From Brevibacterium luteolum (lineage in GTDB: Bacteria > Actinomycetota > Actinomycetes > Actinomycetales > Brevibacteriaceae): DNA of 20,000 bases. The position numbers and the translations under genes are program-made. This document shows positions 1 to 9,914 of the stretch, piece by piece; within the stretch, counting starts at the first letter, position 1; the number at the start of each line of letters is the position of its first letter. The notes beneath the pieces are model-generated. The model saw nothing but the letters and a program-made list of their open reading frames with translations, did not search any database and was not told the DNA's origin. Location of the stretch: contig NZ_JABEMC010000011.1 of the NCBI RefSeq assembly GCF_013004595.1, forward strand, positions 44,315-64,314. The letters are read 5' to 3'.

Positions 1-276
1 ATCGGTCTGGCCGGCGTGCCGGTTCGGGCCGACGGTGTGGATGACCCAGTCAGCAGACAGGTTTCCGGCCGGAGTCGCGACCGCCTGGCCGGCGGGCAGG
101 CCGTCGGGCAGCTGCTCGGCACGGACTTTCCGGCACTCTTCGAGCAGGTCCGGTCCGGCTGCCCGGTGGATCGCGCCGTCGACTCCGCCGCCGCCGAGCA
201 GGGAGGAGTTGGCGGCATTGACGATCGCTTCGCAGGTCTCGGCGGTGATGTCTCCGGTGCGCAGGGTGATGCGCAT
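1..276 (-). CDS. ymdB: Macrodomain protein, O-acetyl-ADP-ribose deacetylase (YmdB/MacroD type); 3' end lies outside the window
   Basis: Not in the ORF track. Manual translation of the minus strand from ATG at 276 gives [52 protein letters not shown]...WVIHTVGP, with the macrodomain motifs [20 protein letters not shown] and VIHTVGP. AAGGAG SD lies upstream. Confidence 0.95.
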   Translation of the reverse strand, partial: MRITLRTGDITAETCEAIVNAANSSLLGGGGVDGAIHRAAGPDLLEECRKVRAEQLPDGLPAGQAVATPAGNLSADWVIHTVGPNRHAGQTD

Positions 277-296
277 AGTCAAGCTGCTCCTTCGGA

Positions 297-749
297 TCAG
301 GCGACGGTCAGCGAGACGGAGCACAGCCCGCCGTTGACGTCGTATTCGGTGCGGATCTCGGTCGTCTCCAGGTTGAACACCTCGGCGCCGGCCGTGTTGT
401 CCTCGAACAGGGCGTGGACCCGCTGCGGGGCGCCGAACGTCTTGTGCACCTGCGCGGCATTCGGCCGGCACCACCACGACTCAACGAGCCAGGAGGGCAC
501 GACGATGCCGTTGAAGGAACCGGTGCGGTCGTAAACGAGGCGCAGCTCCACCTCGGCCAGCGTGCCGGAGGCGAAGAGGAACTCGACACCGGAGTTGACG
601 AAGGTCCACCACACGCAGTCATCGGATTCCGTGCGCAGCGGATTCTCCCCGACGACGAGCATGGCGGAGAGGACGGCGATGTCATCGCAGCGGCGGCCGA
701 CAGCGCGACTGAGGGGAAGGATGTTTCCGGACACGGGCAGCGCGTTCAT
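297..749 (-). CDS. Hypothetical protein (150 aa)
   Basis: 3' part of track ORF 297..1037. The segment from MNALPVSG has globular composition and GC3-biased codons; the upstream extension overlaps the NlpC/P60 gene and is shadow. TAAGCT lies 7 nt before the ATG (leaderless-type). Its stop is 20 nt from the macrodomain start. Confidence 0.75.
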   Translation of the reverse strand: MNALPVSGNILPLSRAVGRRCDDIAVLSAMLVVGENPLRTESDDCVWWTFVNSGVEFLFASGTLAEVELRLVYDRTGSFNGIVVPSWLVESWWCRPNAAQVHKTFGAPQRVHALFEDNTAGAEVFNLETTEIRTEYDVNGGLCSVSLTVA

Positions 750-764
750 GTGACACAGCTTACA
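749..764. promoter_or_regulatory. CRP/GlxR-like site TGTGA-N6-TTACA overlapping a leaderless -10 (TAAGCT, 757-762, minus strand)
   Basis: Sequence TGTGACACAGCTTACA is one mismatch from TGTGA-N6-TCACA. Confidence 0.4.
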
Positions 765-849
765 GTCGCTCACGTGTGAAGCGGGAGGGGCTGGACAGCG
801 CGCCTGTATCACGATTGCGTGACGATCGGCGACCCGGCGGGTGGATCTT

Positions 850-878
850 TTCACCGGCAATCGGGTTTTGGCTACGGT
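850..878 (+). promoter_or_regulatory. Candidate SigA promoter of the NlpC/P60 gene
   Basis: TTCACC (850-855), 17-nt spacer, TACGGT (873-878), about 50 nt before ATG 928. Confidence 0.45.
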
Positions 879-927
879 GAGATCGCATTCGTGTCCCACT
901 TCCCACCAGGTCACTGGAAGGACATCC

Positions 928-2100
928 ATGTCTCGCACGACCCGTGCCCCGCTGCGCCGACGGTACCGCACCGTCCTCGCCGCAGCCGTTCTCACAGCCA
1001 CCGGGCTCACCGGCGTGGCCGGTCCCGCCGCGGCCAACCCGCTGGCCGATCCTCCGCAGATCGGTCACGATCTGCCGCCGCGCCCGCCGATCAAGCAGAT
1101 CGAAGTCGATCCGCTCACCGGCCACGTCATCGACACCAACCCGGCCGCCGATCCGCCGCTCAAGCCCGGCTCCGGGCTGCACGAGGGCAAACCGGCCTTC
1201 GTCGACGTCGCCGTTGCCACGGTCTGGACCGATTCCTCCAGCCCGCGCAAGGTCGACCAGCCGGCGCTGGCCAACCCAGTGAAGCTCGATGAGTGGAACG
1301 CCAACCTCAAGGACACCGAGGTGCGCCGCGGACTGACCGGCAAGACACAGACCCAGGCGCTCTACGGCGACGAAGTCCGTGTCCTGTCGCTTACGAAGGA
1401 CTGGGCGAAGGTCGCCGTGCGCTCGCAGTCCGACCCCGGCGCCAAGCACGGCTATGAGGGCTGGATGCCGCGCGCCCAGCTCGTCGGCAACCCGGACTTC
1501 GGCAAGCTGCGCGGTGCAGGCGAGCTCGCCGTCGTCAAGGCGGTCAAGACCGCTGTCAGCGACGCCCCGGGCGGCAAGGCGATGAAGGCCGTGTCGACGA
1601 ACACCGAACTGCCGGTGCTCACCCGCAGCGATGATGCCGTGCGCGTGCGCCTGCCCAACGGCACCACCGGCTGGGTCAAGTCCGCTGACGTGCGCCTGCA
1701 GGCGTCCGGCACCGGCGCCCCGAAGCCCAAGCCGACCGATCTGACCGCCACGGCCAAACGGTATGAGGGCATCCGGTACCTGTGGGCTGGCACGTCCCAG
1801 TACGGCTTCGACTGCTCCGGTTTCACCTATGCAGTCTTCCGCTCCCACGGCATCGACATCCCGCGCGACTCCGGCCCGCAGTCGAAGGCCGGCAAGAGCG
1901 TGAAGGCCTCGCAGCTGCAGCATGGCGACCTCATCTTCTTCGCCAATCGCGGCGGCAAGGGATCGGTCCACCATGTCGGCATGTACATCGGCGGCGGGAA
2001 GATGATCCACGCCCCGAACGCCTCGAAGAACGTCGAGATCGTCGACTGGAAGAAGTGGGATCGCTCCGGCCAGTTCGCCGGCGCCAAGCGCTACCTCTGA
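928..2100 (+). CDS. Secreted NlpC/P60 (C40) cell-wall peptidase with SH3-like domains, YkfC/dipeptidyl-peptidase VI-like (390 aa)
   Basis: GGAAGGA SD before ATG 928. Signal peptide RRRYR...hydrophobic...AAA. SH3b-like TQALYGDEV...WAKV...YEGW and VRLPNGTTGWV. Catalytic YLWAG..GFDCSGF, HHVGMY and MIHAP motifs. Confidence 0.92.
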   Translation: MSRTTRAPLRRRYRTVLAAAVLTATGLTGVAGPAAANPLADPPQIGHDLPPRPPIKQIEVDPLTGHVIDTNPAADPPLKPGSGLHEGKPAFVDVAVATVWTDSSSPRKVDQPALANPVKLDEWNANLKDTEVRRGLTGKTQTQALYGDEVRVLSLTKDWAKVAVRSQSDPGAKHGYEGWMPRAQLVGNPDFGKLRGAGELAVVKAVKTAVSDAPGGKAMKAVSTNTELPVLTRSDDAVRVRLPNGTTGWVKSADVRLQASGTGAPKPKPTDLTATAKRYEGIRYLWAGTSQYGFDCSGFTYAVFRSHGIDIPRDSGPQSKAGKSVKASQLQHGDLIFFANRGGKGSVHHVGMYIGGGKMIHAPNASKNVEIVDWKKWDRSGQFAGAKRYL

Positions 2101-2117
2101 CAGATCTGAGCGCTGAG

Positions 2118-2159
2118 AACAGCAGGGCCCGGAACCGATCGGTTCCGGGCCCAGCTGTT
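2118..2159. terminator. Bidirectional terminator-like hairpin between the convergent NlpC/P60 and icd genes
   Basis: Perfect 28-bp palindrome GGGCCCGGAACCGATCGGTTCCGGGCCC (2125-2152), flanked by AACAGC/GCTGTT. Confidence 0.8.
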
Positions 2160-2178
2160 GTCGCTGAGGATCAGAGGA

Positions 2179-4536
<2,358 letters not shown>

Positions 4537-4625
4537 CTATCCTGTTGCGCGGGGTCCACGCGACCCTGCCGCCACCAGGGAAGATCCGGTGACGGCTGAG
4601 TACCAGCACAGGGGAGGAGACCGCG

Positions 4626-5264
4626 ATGGCGAAGCTGTACTTCCGCTACGGCGCCATGAATTCGGGCAAGTCCACCGCCCTGCTGCAGGCGGCCTACAAT
4701 TATGAGGAGCGCGGCCAGCGGGTGCTGCTGGCCAAGCCGCGCATCGACACGAAGGGCGCTGACGAGATCGTCTCCCGCTTAGGCGTCACCCGCACCGTCG
4801 ACTTCCTCATCGACGCTGATGCCGATGTCGAGCAGATCTTTGCCGACACCGCCGGCTACGTCGACCACGATGCGCTCATCGAGAGCCTGGAGATGCCCGT
4901 CCAGCCGGTCGCCTGCCTGCTCATCGACGAAGCCCAGTTCCTCACCGGCAGCCAGGTCGATGACTGCCTGCGGATCGCGACCCTGCACAACGTGCCGGTC
5001 ATGGCCTACGGCATCCGCACCGACTTCCAGACACGGGCCTTCCCCGGCTCAGCGAGGCTGCTGGAGATCGCCCACACGCTCGAGGAGCTCAAGACGATCT
5101 GCCGGTGCGGGCGCAAGGCGATGTTCAACGGCCGCCAGGTTGATGGCGAGTTCGTCTTCTCCGGCGACCAGGTCGCCATCGACGGCATGGACGTCACCTA
5201 CGAGTCGCTGTGCGCCAACTGCTATCTCACCCGGTCCGGGGGAGTGCTCGGCGCGCCGCGCTGA
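4626..5264 (+). CDS. tdk: Thymidine kinase (type II/TK1-like)
   Basis: MAKLYFRYGAMNSGKST P-loop, LIDEAQF Walker B, YGIRTDF, Zn motifs CRCG and C-terminal CANC. GGAGGAG SD. Confidence 0.97.
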   Translation: MAKLYFRYGAMNSGKSTALLQAAYNYEERGQRVLLAKPRIDTKGADEIVSRLGVTRTVDFLIDADADVEQIFADTAGYVDHDALIESLEMPVQPVACLLIDEAQFLTGSQVDDCLRIATLHNVPVMAYGIRTDFQTRAFPGSARLLEIAHTLEELKTICRCGRKAMFNGRQVDGEFVFSGDQVAIDGMDVTYESLCANCYLTRSGGVLGAPR

Positions 5265-5385
5265 GCCGGCCGCCGCCTCGGCGACGCCTAACGATCCGGA
5301 CACGCCTGCGCCCTGCGGTATCGGTGCGTGAGCGCCTTCACTATGGTGGAAGCTGAACGTTCCGTGTGAAGGAGGAGGCTCGACC

Positions 5386-6195
5386 ATGACGATCCCGCTG
5401 CTGTCCTACTCGATCGTCCACGATCCCGGCCCCGACGCTCCCGTCCTCATCCTCGGCAACGCGCTGGGCACCACCCGCGAACTTTGGGCTGGTGTGGCCT
5501 ACCGGATGGCCGATGACTACCGCATCGTCACCTTCGACCTGCCCGGCCACGACCCCGCCAGTCACACCGCAGACGATCTTGAAGCCCAGCTCGCCGACCT
5601 CACTCTGACCGACATCGCCGCTGGTGTCATCGCCATCGCCGATGCGATCGGCGCTGAGACCTTCCTCTACGCCGGCCTGTCGATCAGCGGCGGGGTGGCC
5701 ATGCAGCTGGCCCTCGACCACCCCGACCGGGTCACCGCCGCAGCCGCTCTGTGCGCGGCCCCGAAGTTCGGTGACGCTGAGAGCTGGGACGCGCGCATCG
5801 CCGCCGTCCGGGCTGACGGCACCCGCAGCCTCATCCCCGACACCGCCGACCGGTGGTTCGCCGCCGGCTTCCTCGACGAGGACAACCCGGCAGGCCCGAT
5901 GGTCTGCGAGATGCTCGGCAACGTCCCTGACGCCGGCTACATCGCCTGCTGCCAGGCGCTGTCGCGCTTCGACCTCACCGACCGGATCTCCGACATCTCC
6001 ATCCCGATCCTCTTCGTCGCCGGCGCCCAGGACATCGGCAACCCGCCGGAGTCCATGCGCGCCCTGGCCGAACAGGTCGAGGCAGGTGAAGCGACCGTCA
6101 TCCCGGATGCCGCCCACATCGTCGTCGCCGAACACCCCGACCTCGTCTGCGATGCGCTGACCGCCTTCTTCTCCCGCACCGAGAACCGCAGCTGA
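5386..6195 (+). CDS. Alpha/beta hydrolase, 3-oxoadipate enol-lactonase (PcaD/CatD)-like
   Basis: LGNALGTT..LW, FDLPGH, nucleophile elbow GLSISG, RWF, GY..CC.AL, GAQD and DAAH. GGAGGAGG SD; TATGGT -10 at 5342-5347. Confidence 0.85.
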   Translation: MTIPLLSYSIVHDPGPDAPVLILGNALGTTRELWAGVAYRMADDYRIVTFDLPGHDPASHTADDLEAQLADLTLTDIAAGVIAIADAIGAETFLYAGLSISGGVAMQLALDHPDRVTAAAALCAAPKFGDAESWDARIAAVRADGTRSLIPDTADRWFAAGFLDEDNPAGPMVCEMLGNVPDAGYIACCQALSRFDLTDRISDISIPILFVAGAQDIGNPPESMRALAEQVEAGEATVIPDAAHIVVAEHPDLVCDALTAFFSRTENRS

Positions 6196-6200
6196 CACAC

Positions 6201-6248
6201 CCCGTCCACCCGCCCCATCCATCCGCCTGTCCACCGCCCCCATCGATC
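6201..6248. repeat. Imperfect 23-bp direct repeat (2 copies, 25-nt period)
   Basis: CCCGTCCACCCGCCCCATCCATC (6201-6223) vs CCTGTCCACCGCCCCCATCGATC (6226-6248): 19/23 identical. Confidence 0.55.
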
Positions 6249-6255
6249 TGAGGGA

Positions 6256-7896
6256 ATGAGCCCGATGTCCGAGAACAGACCAGCAGGCGAACACGCCTCC
6301 CACTACTCGCCGCTGCCGCGCACCGGCAGCAGCGAGCAGAATATGCTCTCACCCGGAGAGCGGGCACAGCCGTTCTCGACGTCGACGAACTACACCCGCT
6401 GGATCGGCATCATCGGAGGGCTCGTGCTCGCCGCCATCATCTGGTTCGTCATGCCCGAGGACGTGCCCCACGGCGCCCGCGTCACCGCCGCCACAGCCAG
6501 CCTCATGGCAGTGTGGTGGATGACCGAGGCGCTGCCGATCCCGGCCACCGCACTCGTCCCGCTCGTCGTCTTCCCCCTCCTCATCGAAGGCACCGAAGAG
6601 GCCCCGGTGACCGTCTCCTCAGTCGGCGCGAAATACGGCTCCGACACGATCTTCCTGTTCATGGGCGGGTTCCTCATCGCCCTGGCGATGCAGCGCTGGA
6701 ACCTCCACCGGCGCATCGCCCTCATCATCCTGTCGTTCATGGGCGAGCGCACCGGCGCACTCATCGCCGGCTTCATGATCGCCACCGCGTTCCTGTCGAT
6801 GTGGGTGTCGAACACCGCCACCGCCGTGCTCATGCTGCCCATCGGCCTGTCTGTCCTCGTGCTCGTCAACGAGGCGATGTCGAAGACCGGTGATGACACG
6901 CTCGAAGACTCCGAGAAGGCCGATGACGACGCGACCGGCACCGACGGCATCCTGCAGTCGCGCTTCGGGACCGCACTCATGCTCGGCATCGCCTATGCCG
7001 CCTCGATCGGCTCGGTCGCCACGATCATCGGCACCCCGCCGAACACCCTGCTGGTCGGCTACCTGCGCGAGAACGAGGGCATCAACATCCAGTTCGGCCA
7101 GTGGATGCTCGTCGGCACCCCGGTGGCGATCGTCATGCTCGTCGTCGCCTGGTTCGTGCTCACCAAGATGTTCTTCAAACCCGAGATCGACCGGATCCCC
7201 GGCGGCCGCGACCTCATCCGGGCGGAGATGGACAAGCTCGGACCGGTCTCCCAGGGCGAATGGCGTGTCCTCACCCTCTTCGTGCTCGCTGCTGTGTCGT
7301 GGATCGCGCTCCCGATCATCTTCGAAGACCCGCCGATCGACGACGCCGGCATCGCCATGACCATCGGCCTGCTGCTGTTCTTCATGCCCGCCGGCCACGC
7401 CCGCGGCGTGCGCCTGCTCGACTGGGAATCGGCCGTCGAACTGCCGTGGGGTGTGCTGCTGCTCTTCGGCGGCGGCCTGGCGCTGTCGGACCAGTTCACC
7501 AAGACCGGGCTGACCGACTGGATCGGCGAATCAGTCCAGGCGCTGGACTGGGTGCCGCTTATCGCACTCGTCGTCATCCTCACCACCGGCATCATCTTCC
7601 TCACCGAGATCACCTCGAACACCGCGACGGCAGCGACGTTCATCCCGGTGGTCGCCGGTGTGGCGATGGGCCTGGGCTACGACCCGCTGCTGCTGACGAT
7701 CCCGGTCGCACTCGCCGCCACGTGTGCGTTCATGCTGCCGGTGGCCACCCCGCCCAACGCGGTGGCCTACGGCTCGGGTTATGTGCGCATCGCCGACATG
7801 GTCAAGGGCGGTGTGGTGCTCAACGTCATCGGCATCGTCATCATCTCGATCGTCACGATGACGATCGCGGTGGGCGTCTTCTCGATCGCTCTGTGA
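6256..7896 (+). CDS. DASS/SLC13 family Na+-coupled di/tricarboxylate (anion) symporter
   Basis: Many TM helices; WWMTEALP, two SNT motifs (WVSNTAT, ITSNTAT), IGTPPN and FMLPVATPPNA. The start could be 6256 or 6265. Confidence 0.93.
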   Translation: MSPMSENRPAGEHASHYSPLPRTGSSEQNMLSPGERAQPFSTSTNYTRWIGIIGGLVLAAIIWFVMPEDVPHGARVTAATASLMAVWWMTEALPIPATALVPLVVFPLLIEGTEEAPVTVSSVGAKYGSDTIFLFMGGFLIALAMQRWNLHRRIALIILSFMGERTGALIAGFMIATAFLSMWVSNTATAVLMLPIGLSVLVLVNEAMSKTGDDTLEDSEKADDDATGTDGILQSRFGTALMLGIAYAASIGSVATIIGTPPNTLLVGYLRENEGINIQFGQWMLVGTPVAIVMLVVAWFVLTKMFFKPEIDRIPGGRDLIRAEMDKLGPVSQGEWRVLTLFVLAAVSWIALPIIFEDPPIDDAGIAMTIGLLLFFMPAGHARGVRLLDWESAVELPWGVLLLFGGGLALSDQFTKTGLTDWIGESVQALDWVPLIALVVILTTGIIFLTEITSNTATAATFIPVVAGVAMGLGYDPLLLTIPVALAATCAFMLPVATPPNAVAYGSGYVRIADMVKGGVVLNVIGIVIISIVTMTIAVGVFSIAL

Positions 7897-7906
7897 ATGT
7901 GAGGAC

Positions 7907-7954
7907 CGTCATGCCCTCAGCCTGCTGACCAGCAGTTAGGGTGAGGGCATGGCG
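7907..7954 (+). promoter_or_regulatory. Inverted repeat covering the -10 edge, SD and AUG of the OYE gene
   Basis: CGTCATGCCCTCA (7907-7919) pairs with TGAGGGCATGGCG (7942-7954), with one G-U. Inner stem CTGCT/AGCAG. TAGGGT -10 at 7937-7942 is 6 nt before the ATG. Confidence 0.55.
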
Positions 7955-9025
7955 AAGCTCTTCGAACCGGTCACCCTGCGCGGACTCACCGTCCGCAACC
8001 GCGTCTGGCTGGCACCGATGTGCCAGTACTCCTGCGAGAACCTCGACGGCATGCCCGGTCACTGGCACCTCGTCCACCTCGGCGCCCGCGCCACCGGCGG
8101 CTTCGGGCTCATCCTCACCGAAGCAGCCGCAGTGCTGCCCGAGGGCCGGATCTCCCCCCAGGACGCCGGCATCTGGTCCGATGCCCACACCGAGGCCTGG
8201 GCTCCGATCGTCGACTTCGCCCACAGCCAGGGCGCAGCGATCGGCATGCAGCTCGCCCACGCCGGCCGCAAGGCCAGCACCTACCGTCCGTTCGTCGGCG
8301 AACCGTCCGGCTCCGTCCCCGAGGCAGAGGGCGGCTGGGCGACGGTCGGGCCCTCGGCCCTCGCATTCGAAGGGCTGGCAGAGCCGGCAGCGCTGAGCCG
8401 GGAGGCCATCGCCGAGGTCGTCGAGGCCTTCGCAGCCGCCGCCCGCCGGGCTGACGCGGCCGGTTTCGACACGGTCGAGATCCACGCCGCCCACGGCTAC
8501 CTGCTGCACTCGTTCCTCTCACCGCTGTCCAACGTCCGCGACGACGAATACGGCGGTGACCTCGCCGGCCGTTCACGGCTGCTCATGGAGGTCTACACCG
8601 CCGTGCGCGAGGCCTTCCCCGAGGATAAACCGGTGCTCGTGCGGATCTCGGCCAGCGAATGGACCGACGGCGGCTTCGACGTCGCCGAGGCGACCGAGGT
8701 CTCCATCGCCCTGCAGGACGCCGGTGCCGACCTCATCGACGTGTCCTCCGGCGGCAACGTCATCGCCGACATCCCGGTCGGCCCGTCCTATCAGGTGCCG
8801 CTGGCCGCCGAGATCGCCGCCGCCGGTGTCACCACCGGTGCTGTCGGGCTCATCACCGAACCCGCCCAGGCCGAAGGCATCCTGGTCTCCGGTGATGCCG
8901 ATGTCGTGCTGCTGGCCCGTGCTGCACTGCGCGAACCTGCCTGGCCGCTGCGGGCCGCTCACGCACTGGGACTCAACTGGCGCGACGCGCCGTACCCGCC
9001 GCAGTACACCCGCGGCAAGTGGTGA
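7949..9025 (+). CDS. NADH:flavin oxidoreductase / Old Yellow Enzyme, YqjM(NamA)-like
   Basis: LF.P.TLRGL..RNR..LAPMCQY, QLAHAGRKAS, EIHAAHGYLLHSFLSP.SN.R.DEYGG and C-terminal PPQY.R. The MCQY and HxxHGY motifs mark the YqjM subclass. Confidence 0.95.
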   Translation: MAKLFEPVTLRGLTVRNRVWLAPMCQYSCENLDGMPGHWHLVHLGARATGGFGLILTEAAAVLPEGRISPQDAGIWSDAHTEAWAPIVDFAHSQGAAIGMQLAHAGRKASTYRPFVGEPSGSVPEAEGGWATVGPSALAFEGLAEPAALSREAIAEVVEAFAAAARRADAAGFDTVEIHAAHGYLLHSFLSPLSNVRDDEYGGDLAGRSRLLMEVYTAVREAFPEDKPVLVRISASEWTDGGFDVAEATEVSIALQDAGADLIDVSSGGNVIADIPVGPSYQVPLAAEIAAAGVTTGAVGLITEPAQAEGILVSGDADVVLLARAALREPAWPLRAAHALGLNWRDAPYPPQYTRGKW

Positions 9026-9035
9026 GTCGACAGTC

Positions 9036-9392
9036 CTAAGACTGCGACGCTGCCTTCTCCGTACCGGCGTCATCGGCCTTATCAGCGGTGAGCTGCAGCC
9101 CGGCAACACCGGCGATGATGAGGACCAGACAGGCGATCTTGCCGGGCCCGAACTCCTCGCCGAGGACTGCGGACCAGGCAGCGGTCGTCGCTGCGCCGAC
9201 TCCGGTCCAGATCGCATAGGCGGTGCCCATTGGGATCGCCCGCATTGCATAGGCTAGGCCGGTCAGCGATGCCGCGAGGCCTATGAGGAAGAGCGCTCCG
9301 CGTCCGGGGTGCAGCACTCCGGCGGCCAGCATGCCCGCCCAAACCGCCTCGGCCATGCCGGAGAAGATGAGTGCCAGCCAGTACTTCGTCAT
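9036..9392 (-). CDS. SMR family exporter (Gdx/SugE-like), second subunit
   Basis: Four TM helices; W..L..SG..E..W, IP.GTAYAIWTGVG and LIIAGV.GL. Overlaps the upstream gene by ATGA (9389-9392). Confidence 0.9.
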   Translation of the reverse strand: MTKYWLALIFSGMAEAVWAGMLAAGVLHPGRGALFLIGLAASLTGLAYAMRAIPMGTAYAIWTGVGAATTAAWSAVLGEEFGPGKIACLVLIIAGVAGLQLTADKADDAGTEKAASQS

Positions 9393-9700
9393 GACAGCAC
9401 CTGCAGTCCGACGACACCGGCGATGATCGCTGCGACACAGGCGATCCGCACGAGATTCAGCCGTTCAGTCCCGCGCAGCGCGCCGAGCGCCAGCGTGGTG
9501 ATCGCGCCGACGGCGACCCACACGGCATAACCGGAGCCGACAGGAACCTTCTGCAGACCCCACGCGAGGCCTCCCATAGAGACGATGGTTCCGATGATGA
9601 AGAGAGTCAGACGCGGCACGATCCGCAGATGGCGGGCGGCCAGGGCGAACGCCCACATCGCCTCGAACGTGCCGGATGAGATGAGAACAGTCCAGTACAT
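9389..9700 (-). CDS. SMR family exporter (Gdx/SugE-like), first subunit (103 aa)
   Basis: Starts MYWTVLISSGTFEAMWA with the conserved TM1 Glu; SM motif, VPVGSGYAVW..VG and IIAGVVGL. The track's extension to 9757 runs through the riboswitch. Confidence 0.9.
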   Translation of the reverse strand: MYWTVLISSGTFEAMWAFALAARHLRIVPRLTLFIIGTIVSMGGLAWGLQKVPVGSGYAVWVAVGAITTLALGALRGTERLNLVRIACVAAIIAGVVGLQVLS

Positions 9701-9712
9701 GATGAGAAAGCG

Positions 9713-9751
9713 GCCGTCTTTGCGCTCGGCGGGTACGGCTCCCTCGTCCGC
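9713..9751 (-). ncRNA. Guanidine-III (ykkC-III) riboswitch
   Basis: Minus strand reads GCGGACGAGGGAGCCGUACCCGCCGAGCGCAAAGACGGC: P1 GCGG/CCGC, pseudoknot P2 GCCGU/ACGGC, conserved ACGAG, CGUAC and AGACGG. It sits directly upstream of SMR genes, the canonical context. Confidence 0.9.
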
Positions 9752-9775
9752 TGGCACTGTCGGTGCCTGCCCGCC

Positions 9776-9784
9776 ACCATAGCA
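9776..9784 (-). promoter_or_regulatory. Extended -10 promoter for the riboswitch-SMR transcript
   Basis: Minus strand TGC-TATGGT, followed by a small GGCAC/GTGCC hairpin (9753-9767) and then the aptamer. Confidence 0.55.
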
Positions 9785-9914
9785 CCGGCGCAGCCTCCCG
9801 GCAGGGTGCGCACATCCAGTGAGACCCGTGTGCGGCGGGCACCGTTCCCGCTAGGCTGGAACCGGAGCCGCCGCTGGCAGTCGCCGGCGGCACACCGGAG
9901 AAGAGGAGATCGCC

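Noticed and set aside
16..534. 172-aa plus-strand ORF
   Set aside because: Shadow of the macrodomain and hypothetical genes on the minus strand.
750..927. c-di-AMP (ydaO) riboswitch expected upstream of an actinobacterial NlpC/P60 gene; also sought upstream of the protease
   Set aside because: The hallmark GGGGAACC/GGGGUGAA segments are absent, and the NlpC leader is too short.
4545..4625. ZTP (pfl) or other known riboswitch upstream of tdk
   Set aside because: Only a CCACCAGGGAAG-like fragment resembles it; the GACUGGCG loop and the CGCCUGGGC 3' element are missing.
9701..9757. N-terminal extension of the first SMR from GTG 9757
   Set aside because: It overlaps the riboswitch aptamer, and SMR homology begins at MYW (9700).
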